Assembly: GCA_014905635.1 (NCBI GenBank)
Contig: JABVCE010000013.1
Coordinates: 558,001-622,000 of the forward strand
Reading direction: 5' to 3'
Length of the DNA: 64,000 bases
Source: Scenedesmus sp. PABB004
Taxonomy: Eukaryota
The position numbers and the translations under genes are program-made. The notes under the pieces are model-generated. The model saw only the letters and a list, made by a program, of their open reading frames with translations, made no database searches and was not told the origin of the DNA. How positions within the stretch are numbered: position 1 is the first letter of the stretch; the number at the start of each line of letters is the position of its first letter. Of the stretch, positions 13,010-25,357 are shown piece by piece.

Positions 13010-13879
13010 TCCGCGTTCGCGCGCGCGCGCGCCCCCCCCCCCCCCCCGCGTGCCCACCTGCAGCGGCGCCGCGCGCCGAAGCCGAAGCCGCGCCGGCGCC
13101 GGCGCTCGCGCCGCCGCCGCGCACCGCATACGCCGGTACCTCCGCGCCGCCCGTGTACGCGGCGAGGACCTGCGCGCCGCGCCGCCGGTGGTCGGCGCCG
13201 CGCGCGGGCAGGACCATGCCGTCGGCGTAGGCCTGGCTGCGCCCCGCGTCGTCGGTCACCGCCCACGCGCCGCCGTCGCGGGCCCCGACGACGTGACCGC
13301 CATGCCCAGCGCGCGCAGGCCGTCGTTCAGCGCCGCCAGCGTGGTGGGCGTGAACCAGCCTGCCGCGGCGGCGGCGGCGGCGGCGGCCGGCGCGGCGGCG
13401 CGTGGGCGCGCCGCGGGCGGCGCGGCCCCAGCCGGGCCGGCGCGCGGCGCCGTCCCCTGCCCCCCGGCCGCTGCACCGCCGGTGTCCAGCACGACGTCGC
13501 CGCTCGGCTTGACGCGGAGCAGCGCCGCGCGGTGCAGGCGCATCACGACGTCGCCGGTCGTCGGCTCGCGCGCGACGTGCTGGAAGGCTCGGTAAAACGC
13601 CTCCGCGCTCGCCGCGCCGCCCCCGCTCCCCGCCGGCGCGGCGGCGCCGGGGTTGACCGGCTGCCACTGCGGCCGCGTCCACGGCGCCGCGCGCTGCGCA
13701 GCGCTGCCGCTGGCGCCGCCGCGCGGCCCGGCGGCGGCGGGCTTGGCCTTGGCCGGGGGCGGCCGCGCCGCCGCGCGCGGCGCCGCCGGTGCCGCCTTGT
13801 CGCGCGCCGCCGGCAGCGCCGCCACGTCCTCCACGTGCCCCTCCTCGTCCGCGTGCTCCAGCAGCGCGAACGCCGACAT
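12617..13879 (-). CDS. RING-HC protein (probable E3 ligase) with an uncharacterised N-terminal TGGW domain; paralogue 1; apparent 1-nt frameshift near 13280-13286
   Basis: C-terminal CVVCMERERDEVLVPCGHMVLCRRCCADILADSRECPICREAI. N-terminal DVVMRLHRAALLRVKPSGDVVLDTGGWFTPTTLAALNDGL after splicing. Confidence 0.85.
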
Positions 13880-14576
13880 AGCCGTGCTGTCCCCGCGGCG
13901 CCGCGCGCTGCTGCTGAAGCTGCTGCTCCTGGTGCTGCGGCTGCCGCGCCGCGCCTGCTAGCCAGAGCCTCGACCCGGGCGGCGCGGGAAGGCTGCGCCT
14001 GGCCCCAGGGGCCGGGCCCCGCCAGACAGGGGCTCGCGCGATGCGGCGCGCGCCGCTGCTGCGCCGCCGCGTGCCGCACCACTGCAGCTGCTGGCTGGTC
14101 CCGCTGCGCGATCGCGGGGCCGAGGCGCTTGAACTGCTGACGGGGCGCCGCCGCCGGCTGGCGCGGCGTGTGCGTGGCGCAGCTGCTGTCGGCGGGCGGG
14201 CGCCGCTGCTCGGCGCTGCGGCGGCGGCGGGCGGGCGGGCCAGCGGCGGGCGGGCGACGGATCGGCGCGAAGAGCTGGTCCGCGGCACGGCGCGGCTTTG
14301 CGGGGCTGGCTGGCGCGGGGCCGGGATCCCGGAGCTGGGCAGCCGCACAAGCGCGTCACGACCGGGTTCGGCGCGCCTCGACGGCTCGCGCGTGTTCGGT
14401 TGCCCCGCGCGCGCGCCCCGCGTCCGCGCTGCTGCAATGCCCCGCCGAGTGCTCACCCGCCCGCCTTGCGGCCCCGCGCTGCGTCCGCGCCCCTTCTCGC
14501 TCCCCCGGCGGCGCACGCACGCGTGCCGTGCGCTGCGCGCGGCGCGACCCCGCCGCCGCCCGCTCAGCCGTCGATC

Positions 14577-15845
14577 TCAGCCGTCGATCTCGACGTGAAA
14601 CTCGATGGCCTGGCAGCACATGGGGCACAAGCCGGTGCCGTCCATGACCAATTTGCAGCATTGCCTGTGGCGCGCGCACGGCCGGGCGGGCGGCGGCAGC
14701 TTGAGCGGCGGCGGCGGCGCGCGGCGCGCGCGCGGGCCCGCGCCCGCCGCCTCACCCGCAGAGCGCGAGGTGGCCGCACGGCACGAGCACGATCGAGCGC
14801 GGGCGCTCCATGCAGACGACGCAGAGGTGCAGGTCGTCGTCGTCGTCGTCGTGGGCTGCAAGGGACGCTTGCTGCATCTGCGCCGCGAGCTGGTCTGCCG
14901 CCGCGCGCGGCGCCGCCGCCGCCGCCGCCGGCGCCGGCGCCGCGGCCTGCTGCTGCAGGCGGCTGCGCGCGACGTCCAGGCCCCGCATGTTGTTGCTGCC
15001 CGCCGGCGCCGCCGCCGGGCGCGGCTGCGCCGCGGGCGGCTGCGCTGCCGCGGGCGGCTGCGCCGCCGGGCGGGGCTGCGCTGCCGCCGGGCGCGCCGCC
15101 GGGCCGGCTGTGGCGCCGCCGGGCGCGCCGCCGGGCGCGCCGCGGGGGGCGGCTGTGGCGCCGCTGGGCTCGGCGCTGGCGCGCCGAGGCCCGTCGCGCG
15201 GCCCGCGGCGGCGCCCGCGCCGGCGGCCGCCGCGGGCGGCGCCGCGCCCGCCGGGCGCGCCGCGGCCACGCTGGACCACTTGTCGACCGCGCCGTGCGGC
15301 GCCGCGGCGCGCGGCGCCGCGGGCTGCGGCGCCGGCCCGGGGCGCGCCGCGTGGTGGTGCACGGGCGCGGGCGCGTGCGCCGCGGGCGCCGGCGGCGCGC
15401 TCGCGACCGCGACGCGCGGCGCCGGCGCCTGCGCGGCCGCGCGCGGCGTGTAGGGCACGCCGTACGCCTCGGCGAGCCAGCCCGCGCGCTTGTGCGCGTC
15501 GGAGCCGCGCGCGGGGATGGTGACCGACGGCGCGGCCTTGGTGTTGGTGTAGGGGGTGACGCTGCCGTCGTCGTCGTACACGACCCACTCGCCGCGCGGG
15601 ACGTGCTGCGTCGTCGACGCGGCCCACATGTTGAACAGCTCGAGCGCGTCGTTCATGCTGCGCAGCGTCTTGTGCGTCGCCCAGCCGCCGGTCGAGAGCG
15701 TGACGTCGCCGCGCGGGGTCACGCGCACGATGTCGGTCTCGTGGAGGCGCAGGACCACGTCGTTGCTGCCCCGGTCGACAAACACGCGCTGGCTGCGCCG
15801 CCGGACCTCGGGGTTGTCCGGGTAGTTGGTCGTGTACGGCGGCAT
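14577..15845 (-). CDS. RING-HC protein (probable E3 ligase) with an uncharacterised N-terminal TGGW domain; paralogue 2; apparent 1-nt frameshift near 15101-15103
   Basis: DVVLRLHETDIVRVTPRGDVTLSTGGWATHKTLRSMNDAL, a P/A/Q-rich linker, then CVVCMERPRSIVLVPCGHLALC-(intron)-QCCKLVMDGTGLCPMCCQAI. Confidence 0.88.
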   Translation of the reverse strand: MPPYTTNYPDNPEVRRRSQRVFVDRGSNDVVLRLHETDIVRVTPRGDVTLSTGGWATHKTLRSMNDALELFNMWAASTTQHVPRGEWVVYDDDGSVTPYTNTKAAPSVTIPARGSDAHKRAGWLAEAYGVPYTPRAAAQAPAPRVAVASAPPAPAAHAPAPVHHHAARPGPAPQPAAPRAAAPHGAVDKWSSVAAARPAGAAPPAAAAGAGAAAGRATGLGAPAPSPAAPQPPPAARPAARPAAPQPARRRARRQRSPARRRSRPRQRSRPRRSRARRRRRRAATTCGAWTSRAAACSSRPRRRRRRRRRRRRARRQTSSRRRCSKRPLQPTTTTTTTCTSASSAWSARARSCSCRAATSRSAGEAAGAGPRARRAPPPPLKLPPPARPCARHRQCCKLVMDGTGLCPMCCQAIEFHVEIDG

Positions 15846-16495
15846 CGCGCCGCCGCCGGCGGCCGCGCGCCGCGCGCCGCGCGCCGCGCTGCCCGCTGCC
15901 CGCTGCCCGCCGCGCCGCCGCCGCCGCTGCGGCGCGACGTGCCCGCCCGCCCGCGCGGCCGCGGCTCGCGCGGCTCAGTCGTTGACGGGCGGGAGCCGCG
16001 GCCCAGGCGCGCTGCCGGGGCAGGCGGCGACGCCTGCCGCGCGCCGGCGGCGCTGCTGCGCCGCTGCTGCTGCCCCTGTCCACTTCCTGGCCGCGCGCTG
16101 GAGGGCCACGCGTCTGCGAGGCTGATCCAGACGGCGAGGGCGCGCGCTCACGCGGCCGCTCCGGGCGGGGGCGCGCGGTGGGCGGGAGCGTGATGGCCGC
16201 GGCCGCCGAGCCGCACGGCGGCTGAAGAGCCCCCCGGCCTGGCGCAATTGCGTGCTGTCGCGGAGGACGAGCGCCCAGGCCGACAGCGAACGCGTTTCAT
16301 GAGCAAGCGGCGGCGGTTCTGGGCGGCCGCCACGCGTCTAGGCCCCGGCCGCCGCGGGCCGGCCGCGCCGCGCTGCCGCAACCCACAGAGTGCACTGTCT
16401 CGGTCCTCCCTGCGACATCCTGCGTCAGCAATCGCGACCCCCCGCCTGTCCCTCACGCTCGCTGTCACGTGCCCCCCTCGCACTCCCCCCGCGCG

Positions 16496-18588
16496 TCAGG
16501 CGCCGGCGCCGGCCGCCGCCGCGCCCGGCGGCGGCGCGAGCCAGCGCTTGAGCGTCTCGTAGCTGCAGAACGCGATCGCCACGCCCGGCACGACCTTGCA
16601 GTACTCGGGCACGATGCCGACATAGAAGCCGGCGAGGCCGCGGCCCTGGCCCGTGATGGAGCGGATGATCGCGGCGTACTGCGCCGCGCCGCCGCCGCGC
16701 CCGCGCGCCGCCACGCCCGCGACCTGCGCCGGCGGCGCGCGCGCGCGCGCGCGAGTTGAGAGGGTGTGGGCAGGGACGGCGGCGGCGGCGGCTGCGCGCG
16801 CGGCCGCGCCGCGCCGCGCCTGCATGCGCCGCCGCACGACGTCGAGCGGGAAGGTCACGGTCGCGGTGAGGAACCCCGACGCGCAGCCCGACGCGAGGCT
16901 GATCGCCGCGGGGACCTCCACGGCCGCGCCCCCCGCGGCGCCGCCCGCCGCGCCGGCCGCCGGCGCGCGCTGGGGGGCGGCCGCCGCGTACGCGTCCGCG
17001 GCCGTCGCCGCCGCGGCGCCCGCGCGCGCGAGGCCGCCGCCGGCCGCGTCGCCGCCGCGGGCGCCGTCGCCGAGGTGCCACATCAGCATCTGGCTGTGGC
17101 TCATGCCCTGGTCCACCGAGCTCGCGACCGCGAGGCTGTGCGCGGCGCTCTCGCGCGGCGCCGCGCCGCGCAGCAGGCCCGCCCGCCGCGGCGCTTGCTG
17201 AGCCTGCTGCTGCTGCGCCTGCTGCTGCTGCTGCTGCTGCTCCTGCTGCTGCTGCCGCTGCTCCTGCTGCGTCTGCGGCTGCGCCTGCAGCTGCTGCGCC
17301 CGCTCCGGCTGCTGCTGCGCCTGCGCCCGCGGCAGCTCCTGCGGCCGCGCTGCCGTCTGCGCGAGGCGGCGCGTGTGCACCGCCATGCACGCGCTGCGGA
17401 TGGCGTCGTAAAGGCTGAAGTTCAGCGCCAGCGACGGCACCACCTGCGCGGCGGCGCGCGCCGACGCGGGCGGCGGCGGGCTCAGCGCGGCCGACCGGCC
17501 GGCGGGCAGCACCACTGCGCGCCGCGCCGCCCCGCGCCCCGCGGCGCGGCCCCGCGCCTGCAGCAGCGTCGCGCCGAGGCCGCGGTACAGCCCCGCCGCG
17601 CCCTCGTCCGCGACGACGCGGCGCAGCGTGGGCAGGATGCCCCGGTAGTAGGCGCCGTCCGTCTGCGCCGCGAGCCGCGTGCGCACCAGGTCGAGCGGGT
17701 ACGCCTGCGCCCGGCGGCAGCGGCGGGGCGTGACGGCGGCGTCGCGCCCGGCGGCGCTCGGCGGTGCCGCGGCGGCACCGCGCCGCGCTCGGGCGGCCGC
17801 CGCGGTGCGGCCCCGCACCGCGGTGCACGCGGCGAGCCCGGCGAGCCCGCCCGCCGCGAGCGTGCGCGCAAAGTCGGACGTCCCGGGCGGCAGGCGGCGG
17901 CGCAGCAGGTTGTTGGTGTGCTCGTAGGTGTAGAAGTTAATTGACGAGTAGGGCAGGCGGTGGAGGATGGTCGCGAGGTTGCCCTTCCACAGCGCGGCGG
18001 CGCCCTCGCGCCGCACGACCTGCGCGGCACGCGCCCCGCGCCGGCGGCCCCGCGTCAGCGCCCGGCCGCGGCGAGGCGCCGCTGCCGCGCAGCGCTCCCG
18101 CGACGGCCGCGGCGCGCGCGCGCGCGCGCCTGCATGAACGCGTGACGGAGCTTCGGCGGCTGCGCGACCGCCGCCTGCCCGCCCCCCGCGCCGCCCGCGC
18201 CGCCGGCGCCTGTGAAGCCCTGGACCTGCACGGCAGGCAGTGGGCGGCGGAGTGCGCACAGCGCCGGGCGGCGGCGGGCGGCGCATGGGCGGCGGGCGGC
18301 GCGGCAGCAGCCGCTGGCAGCGCCGGCCGCGCGTCCCCGCGCGCCGCCGCAGCCGCTGCGGGCGCCGTGGCGGCCGTCAGTGGCACCCGGTGTGCGCCGC
18401 ACCTGGTACAGGATCGTGAGCCGCGCGAGCGGGGCGGTGCAGGACTTGGCGAACGCGCCCGCGAGGCCGCCCGCCACGCCATAGCGCAGGCCCTCCGCCC
18501 ACGCAGAGGGCGCGGCGGGGAGGGGCGGCTGCGACGCCTGCTGGGCGCCGAGCTCCGCGCTCGGCGGCGCTATCGCGGCGGCGGTCAT
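16496..18588 (-). CDS. Mitochondrial carrier family (SLC25) protein, nucleotide/CoA-carrier-like; 6 exons
   Basis: Three carrier repeats: APLARLTILYQ, YPLDLVRTRLAAQ, FPLDVVRRRMQ; also EGAAALWKGNLATILHRLPYSSINFYTYE. Confidence 0.95.
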
Positions 18589-18782
18589 TGCGCGGCACCC
18601 CTGCGCGCCCGTGGGCGGGGAGGGAGCCGCCCGGTGGTCGCTTTATGTAACGCGGGACTGTGCGAGCGCCCTGGGAGGGGCGGCCAGGTCACAGAGCCGC
18701 CGCGCTGCGCCGCGCCGCGCTGAGCCGCGCTGAGCCGCCGCACTGCGCCGCGGCCGCGCGGGTGCGCGGCAGCAGTCGCCTC

Positions 18783-20640
18783 CTATGGTGGGTACACGCT
18801 CCACATGCTGATGGCGGCGTCGCGCCCGCCCGCGGCGAGCAGCGCGCCGTCGGGCGACCACGCGAGGCACGCGACCTGCTCCGCGTGCCACCGCAGCAGC
18901 GCGAGCGGCGCACGCCGCCGGGCGTGCCACAGCCGGACCTTGCCGTCCCAGCCCGCCGACGCGGCGAGCCGGCCGTCGCCGCGCACCACGACGTCGGCGA
19001 CGCCCGCGCGCGGCAGCGCGAGCGCCGCGGCGGGCGCGAGCCGCCCCGCGGGCAGGTCGAGGTCGAACGCAGCGAGCGCCGCGTCGGCGGAGCCGCTGAA
19101 GCCGCCGGCACAGGCGGGGCCGGCCGCGAGGCACATGACCGCCTCGCTGTGCAGCTTGGCGGCCGCGAGCGCGCGCGCCGGCGCGCGAGCGTCCCACAGC
19201 GCGACGCTGCCGTCCTCGTAGCCGGCTAGGGCGTGCAGCGCGCCGCCCTGGGGCCGCAGCAGCGCGAGCGCCATGCACACACCGCGGCTGGGGCGCTCCC
19301 GCGTTCGCTCCTGCCGCAGCAGCACCTGCGGCGTCGCGGCGGCGGCGCCGCCGCTCTCCTCGAGCTGCCACACGCCCACGTCCGCGGCGTCCTCCGTCGG
19401 CAGCGCCAGCAGGCAGGGCCCGCCGCACGCCTCCGCTGGCTGCCCGCCGCCGCCGCCGCCGCTGCCGCTGCCACCGCCGCCGCCGCCTCCGTTGGCCGCC
19501 GCCGCTGCGGCGTCCGTGGTCGCTGCTGCGCCGCGGCCGGGGCGGCGCATCAAGCGCTCCTCATCCTCCTCAGTCAGGTCGAGCCCGCCGCCGCCGGCCT
19601 CGGCCTCGCCCGAGCCCCGCCCCGGCGGCGCGGCGAGCGCCGGCGCGGCCGGCGCGCCCCCCGGCGGCCCGGCCAGCTGCCGCGAGAGCGCGCCCGGCGG
19701 CGGCGCCCGGCGCTGCCCCAGCTGCTCCAGCTGCTCCCGCGGCTGCTGCTCCGGCTGGGCCTGCTGCGGCTCCGCTGCGCTGCCAGTGCGGACGGCATGA
19801 TAGACTCGCCGCCCGCCGCCCCACGCGCCGTCGCCGCCGCCGCCGCCGCAAGGGTCGGCGCCCGCGCCAGCGCCCCCGCCGGCGCCCCGCCCCACAGCGC
19901 AGCTGCTGCTGGCCTGCCCCGGCTGCAGCAGCGCGAAGCGGCAGAAGTTGTATGACCCCGCCGCGAGCACCTGCAGCGGCTCGCTGGCGGCGGCGGCGGC
20001 GGCGGCGGGTCGGCGGCGGCGGGGTTGACCGCGGGCTCACTGCGAGCGGGGGTCAGTGCCAGGTGCTGCTGCCACGGGCGCCGCCGCACCTGCTCAGGCA
20101 GCTGCCGGAGTGAAGGCCCCACGTCTTGACGACGCCGTCTCTGCCCTGGCTGCCCAGCGCACGGGAGCAGCAGCAGCGGCAGCAGCGAGCTCAGCGCGCG
20201 GGCGGGACAGCGCCGCGCCCGCCGCCGCCCGCCGCCGCCCGCCGCCGCCGCTCACGCGGCCGTGGCCGGTGCCGCACCTGATCACGCGCGGTGCGCCGGC
20301 GGCGGGGACCGCGACCTGCAGCACGCCGGAGTGGCTCTCGTGTGCCCGTATGCTCACGACGGCACGCCGGCTGTCCAGGTCCCACAGCGTCAGCTGCCCT
20401 TCGCCGTCGCTGCGCGGCGGCAGCGCCGGCAGGGCGGCAGCGGCGGGCGGCACGCGGCGTCGGCCGCGCTGCGCCAGCACCACCGCGGTGGCGGCAGCGG
20501 CCCTTCGCCACCCCGCACCCCGCGGCGAGCAGGCGGCCGTCGGGCGAGAAGCTGACCGCCTGCACCGCCGCGCGGTGCCCGCGCAGCACGAACACCGGCT
20601 CCGGCGGCGGCGGGGGCGGCGCGGCCGCGGCGGCGGCCAT
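18783..20640 (-). CDS. WD40 repeat protein, DSE1/GNB1L/ASA1-like; spliced
   Basis: PEPVFVLRGHRAAV, GQLTLWDL, QGRDGVVKTW, YNFCRF, LAGYEDGSVALWD, RGDGRLAASAGWDGKVRLW, AAGGRDAAISMWSVYPP. Confidence 0.88.
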
Positions 20641-20928
20641 CGTTGTCAACACGTGTGCACACGATCGGGCAGGTGGCACTGGCGCAGGCGGCGGCACGCC
20701 CCGCTGACGAGCGCGGCGGGCAGCCGGTCGTCACGAGCTTTCCGCCGCTGCACCGCCGCCGCAGGGCCGCAGCAGCCCTGGCAGCCCACGCGGGCGCACG
20801 CTGCTCTCGCCACGCATCGCGACCACACGCTCCGATCGACTGCTCGATTGTGCGGCACGCACGCCATTCGATCGCACCCCGTCCTCGAGCCGAGCGTGGC
20901 GCCGTAATTCTGCGCCCCGCTGGCCGCC

Positions 20929-22329
20929 ATGAGGTGCAGCGCGTCTGTCAGGACCGGCGTGGCTGCACAGGCCCGTGCCACGCCGCTCCCACGCAGCGGT
21001 GAGCGGCGGCGCCGCTGCTGCCGCTGCTGCAGCCCACGGCGAGCCGCCGACGGCCGACTGCTCCCCGGCTTCCGGTCCCGCAGGCACCGTGTGCCGCGCC
21101 TGCTCTCGCCAGGCGGCGACCGCCAGCCGTCGCGAACTGGCGCTGGGGCTGCCAGCGGCGCTGCTGCTCGCGAGGTGCGCGGCGCCTCGTGGCGGCGTGG
21201 CAGGGCACGTGCGCGCCCGTGCCCGCGCGACGCGCCCGCGTCCGACCCCGCCAGCGCCCGACCTCGACGCCCGCCGCCGCCGCCGTCCGCAGCGGCGCGG
21301 GGCAGGCGCTCGCGCTCGAAGCGGCCGCGCCCGCGGCCGACGCCGCCGCGCCGCCGGCGCCCGCGCCCGCGCTGCCGAGCGCCGAGCTGCGGCCGTTTGC
21401 GGACAACGACTTTGCGCTGCAGGTGCGGGCCCGGCGCGGGCGGCCGCCAGCCAGCCAGCCGCCGCGGCCGCGCCCATTGCTCTCTCTCTCTCTCTCACAC
21501 AAACACACCCGCGCGCCCGCGGCCGCCCGTGCCCCGCGCCCGCCTGTGATGGCGGCGCCGCAGGTCCCCGCCAACTACGTCTACCTCGAGACGCCCATCG
21601 TGTCGGTCGAGCGCGGGCCGCAGCCGGAGCGCAGCCCCGTGCTCGCGCGCTTCGAGGCCCCCGGCGGCGCGGCGGGCGCGGTGTCGGTCATCGTGCGCAA
21701 GGCGCAGGCGTTCAAGCAGACGCTGCTGCAGGTTCGCGCCCCGCCGCCGCCGCCGCTGCGCGCAGCGCTGCACGCGGTGCACGCGCTGCGTGCACCACGC
21801 CGCGCGCCGCGCCCACATCAGGTGTCTGACATCAGCCAGCTCGGCAGCCCGCTCGAGGTCGCCGCGCTGCTGCTGCCGCGCGGGTCGACGCTGCTCGGCA
21901 GCGAGACGGCGGCCGTGCCGCAGCCGGCCAAGGAGACGCCGCTCGGCGTGGTGGAGCTCCCACCGCAGAATTACTACATGTGCGCCGCACACCGCCGGCG
22001 CCCGCCGGCCTGCCGCCGCGCCACGCGCTGCGCGCCCCGTGCCCGCCCGCGGCCGCAGCGCCGCCGCTGCGCGCCCCCGCCGACCGCGCGCCGCCCGCCC
22101 CGCCGCCCGCCCCGCTCCCCGCTGTGCCTCCCCGCTGCGCCCTCGTCGTCGCAGCTACGACTTTACGACGCCCGGCGGCGACCACGTCGCGATGGCGGCG
22201 GCGGCGAAGCGCGGCAGCGTGCTCATCTGCGGTGCGAGCGTGCCGGCGCGCGCGTGGGGCGGCGCGGGGCCGGTGTTCCGGGAGGTCGTGCGCAGCTTCC
22301 GGCTGCGCGACAAGGCGGCGATCACTTGA
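20929..22329 (+). CDS. PsbP-domain thylakoid lumen protein; spliced
   Basis: Transit peptide with twin-Arg RRELALGL; SDISQLGSPLEVAALLLP, YY.YDF, C-terminal VVRSFRL typical of the PsbP/PPD fold. Confidence 0.8.
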
Positions 22330-22593
22330 GCGGCGCGTGCAACGGCAGAGCCAGGCGGGCGGCCCCGCCGCGCGACAGAACCGCGCGCCGCGCTTCAGCC
22401 GTCCTGGCGCCCGCCAACCTGTCGCCGCCGACTGCCCCGTGCCGCCATACCTCCGCTCGCGCGCCGCGCCCACGCCCGCGCCCGCGCCCGCAGCAGCGGC
22501 AGCGCGCGCAGCGCCAGCCGCTGCTGTCGCCGCAGCGCGCCGCCGCCGCCGCCCCTACGCGCCGGCCCGCTCGCGAGTGACGCCCGTGACGCC

Positions 22594-24904
22594 ATGGAGA
22601 CGCGCCAGGCACGCCCGCGCCCCGCATGCGCCGCGGCGGGGACGCGACCGCGTTGCCGCCGCCAGCTGCGGCCGCCCGTCCCCCGCCTGTGGCGCGGCTG
22701 GGCGCGCCCCGCCCCTCCAGCGAGCCTGGTTTCGCCGCCCGCGCGCCGCCGCCGCCCGCCCGCGCGCGCCGCTGCCGCCCCTGCCACGCAGCGCGCGCGC
22801 GCGCGACCGCGGGCGGCGGCGGCCGAGGCGCTGCCCGTGCTCCTCGACCACCTCCCCCTGGCCTTTGACAACGCCCACCGCGCGGTGCAGCTCCTCACGG
22901 GCAGCCGCGGCCTCGGCCGCCTCGTCGGGCAGCGCCTCGCGGGCCGCCTCCGCCTCGCGGTCACGACGCGCACCGTGGAGGAGCTGCAAGGCGACCCGCC
23001 GCCGGGCATGTGGGGCCTCTGCATCTGCTGCTGCGTCAAGCGCGTCCCGCCGGCCTGGATCGCCACGCACGCTGGGCTGCTGCGCGAGCTCGTGCTGATG
23101 CTGCAGCGGACCGCGGCGCCCATCACGCCCGCGCTCGAGCAGGCTCCGGCGCCGCCGGGCCGCGCGTGCTGCGGCTGCTGCGGCTGCTGCGGCCAGTGCG
23201 ATTGGGGCGAGTCGTGCATGCAGGGCTTCTACGCCGGCGAGGCCATCGACCCGCGGCAGGAGGCCGAGTTCGCCGACGCGCTCGCCACCGCCGCGGCCGC
23301 GCCGGGTGCGCCGCGCCCCTCACGCGCGCGGCGCCCGCGCCGCTCGCGCGCCGCTCACGCGCGCGCGCGCCGCCGCCGCCGCCGCCGCCCCCGCCCGCCG
23401 CGCCCCGCAGGCGGCCTGCCGGCGCTGCAGCGCGTCTGCATCACGCCGGCAAGCGCCGCGATCCTGCGCGCGCTGCCCGCCACGCTGCGGGAGGTCTGGC
23501 TTCAGTGGTACGACGACGACGACACCACCGACCTGCCCGCCGCCGCGTCCGCGCTCTGCGCGCTGCGCGGGCTGCGCAGCGTCGAGCTGGTCGCCGCGCC
23601 CGCCCTGACCTGGGGCTTCGCGGCGCTCCGGCTCGACCCGCTTCTCAGCGCGCTGTGCGGCGGGCTGTCCGGGCTCACGCGCCTCGTCGTCGAGCGCGTC
23701 GCGGACGTGCCCGCGCTGCGCTGCCTGCCGGCGAGCCTGCAGGCGCTCTCGCTGAGCTTCCTGGCGAGCCCCGCGGGCGCGCTGCAGCTGGGCCACCTCA
23801 GCCGCTGCGTGTCGCTCGGCCTCGACCTGGGCACGCCCGCGGACCTGGCCAACTCCGCGCGCTTCACCAGGGTGCGGGCCGCGCCCGGGCGCGCGCGCGC
23901 GCACGCCGCGTCGGCCCCGCGGCGGCTGAGCCGCCCGCCCGCCCGCCCGCCCGCCCGCCCGCTGCGCGCGACTGCTGCGCGCGGCGCGCGCGCAGCCCGC
24001 GCCGCTGCTCGTCGGCGGCGAGGTGCTGCCGCCGCGGCTGACGCGGCTCAGCGTGCAGGACGTGGCGGTCGGCGGCATCGCCGCCACGCTCGCGGCGCTG
24101 CCGGGCCTGCGCTGCCTGTCCATCCTGGAGGCCACTGCGCCGGCGGGCGACCTGGTGGAGCTGACGCGCCTCACCGCCATCGACCGGCTCTGCCTCGGCT
24201 ACAGCGACGCGCGCGCGGCCGCGGCCGCGGCGCCCGCGTGGCTGCGCCTGCTGCCGTCGCTGCAGCGCGTGTGGCTGGGCGGGCAGCCACCGTGGCCGTG
24301 CGCCGCGGAGGGGCAGCACGACGGCACCTCTTTCGGCGACGGCTGGAGCGCCGACGACCTCGCTCGCTGCACGAGCGCGCTGGCGGGCCTGCAGGAGCTG
24401 GAGCTGCACGCGCGGCGGCGCAGCCAGGAGCCGGTGCTGCCCGAGCAGCTCGCGGCGGCGCTCGCGCCCTGCACGGCGCTGCGGTCGCTGAAGCTGCGCT
24501 GCACGGAGCAGTGGGCGCGGCAGCCGGTCGATGAGGAGGCGGGAGGGGAGGCGGGCGGCAAGCACAGCGCAGGGCTGGACAAGCTCGTGGACGTGCTGGT
24601 CGCGCTGCCGAGCCTGACCTCGCTGCACCTCGGCGTCGACGAGGACGCGCTCACGGTGGAGCAGCTGATCAAGCTGGAGGACCGCGGCCTCACGAGGCTG
24701 ACGGTGCGGTTGGGCGCGGTGTGGGGGTGTGAGGGCGTGTGGGTGGGGGCCCGGCGGGGCTGGCCGCGCGCGCTGCCCGCGCCTCACCCACTCACCCACT
24801 CACCCGCTCCGCCTCGCCGCCCCTGCGCGCGCGGCCTCACGAAGGTTGACTACTTCAACTTTGGCCCCGCGCCCAGCGTGGCGGCGGAGGCGTGCGGCAG
24901 CTGA
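22594..24904 (+). CDS. Leucine-rich repeat (RNI-like) protein; start uncertain; spliced
   Basis: Repeated LxxLxxLxL motifs (LPATLREVWL, LSGLTRLVV, LPASLQALSL, LPPRLTRLSV, LPSLTSLHL). Confidence 0.7.
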
Positions 24905-25357
24905 GCACGAGCGCCGCGGCCCCGGCCAGAGGCGCGCGCGGGGGCGAGCCGGCCGCGCCGCCTGCTGCCCGAGTTGAGGCGGGAGATGCTTGAGTTGAGC
25001 GTAACCGCGAGTTGCTGCCAGCAGCAAGGCCATGTCGCTTACACGCCGCCCGCCGCGCGGGTGCGGCGCCGCGCCCGTCCCGCCGCCGGCCGCCGCGCCT
25101 GTCCTATCGCGCGGCGCGCGCCCCGCGGCTCCCCTGCCTGCCTAGCCGTCGCCGCCCCAACTGCGTGCCCGCTGCCCCGGCTGCTGGCCCCAGCGGACAA
25201 TCAAATCGCTGCCATTGCCCAACAGGCAACCGGGCGCCCACACGCCCCCCTATCACGCACGCCCGGGCGGCCCGGTCCGCCGCCGCCGCCGCCGCAGCAG
25301 GCCGCCGCAGCCCCCCCCCCCCCCGAACCACCGCGCGCCCGCCCCTCCCCCGCCGCG

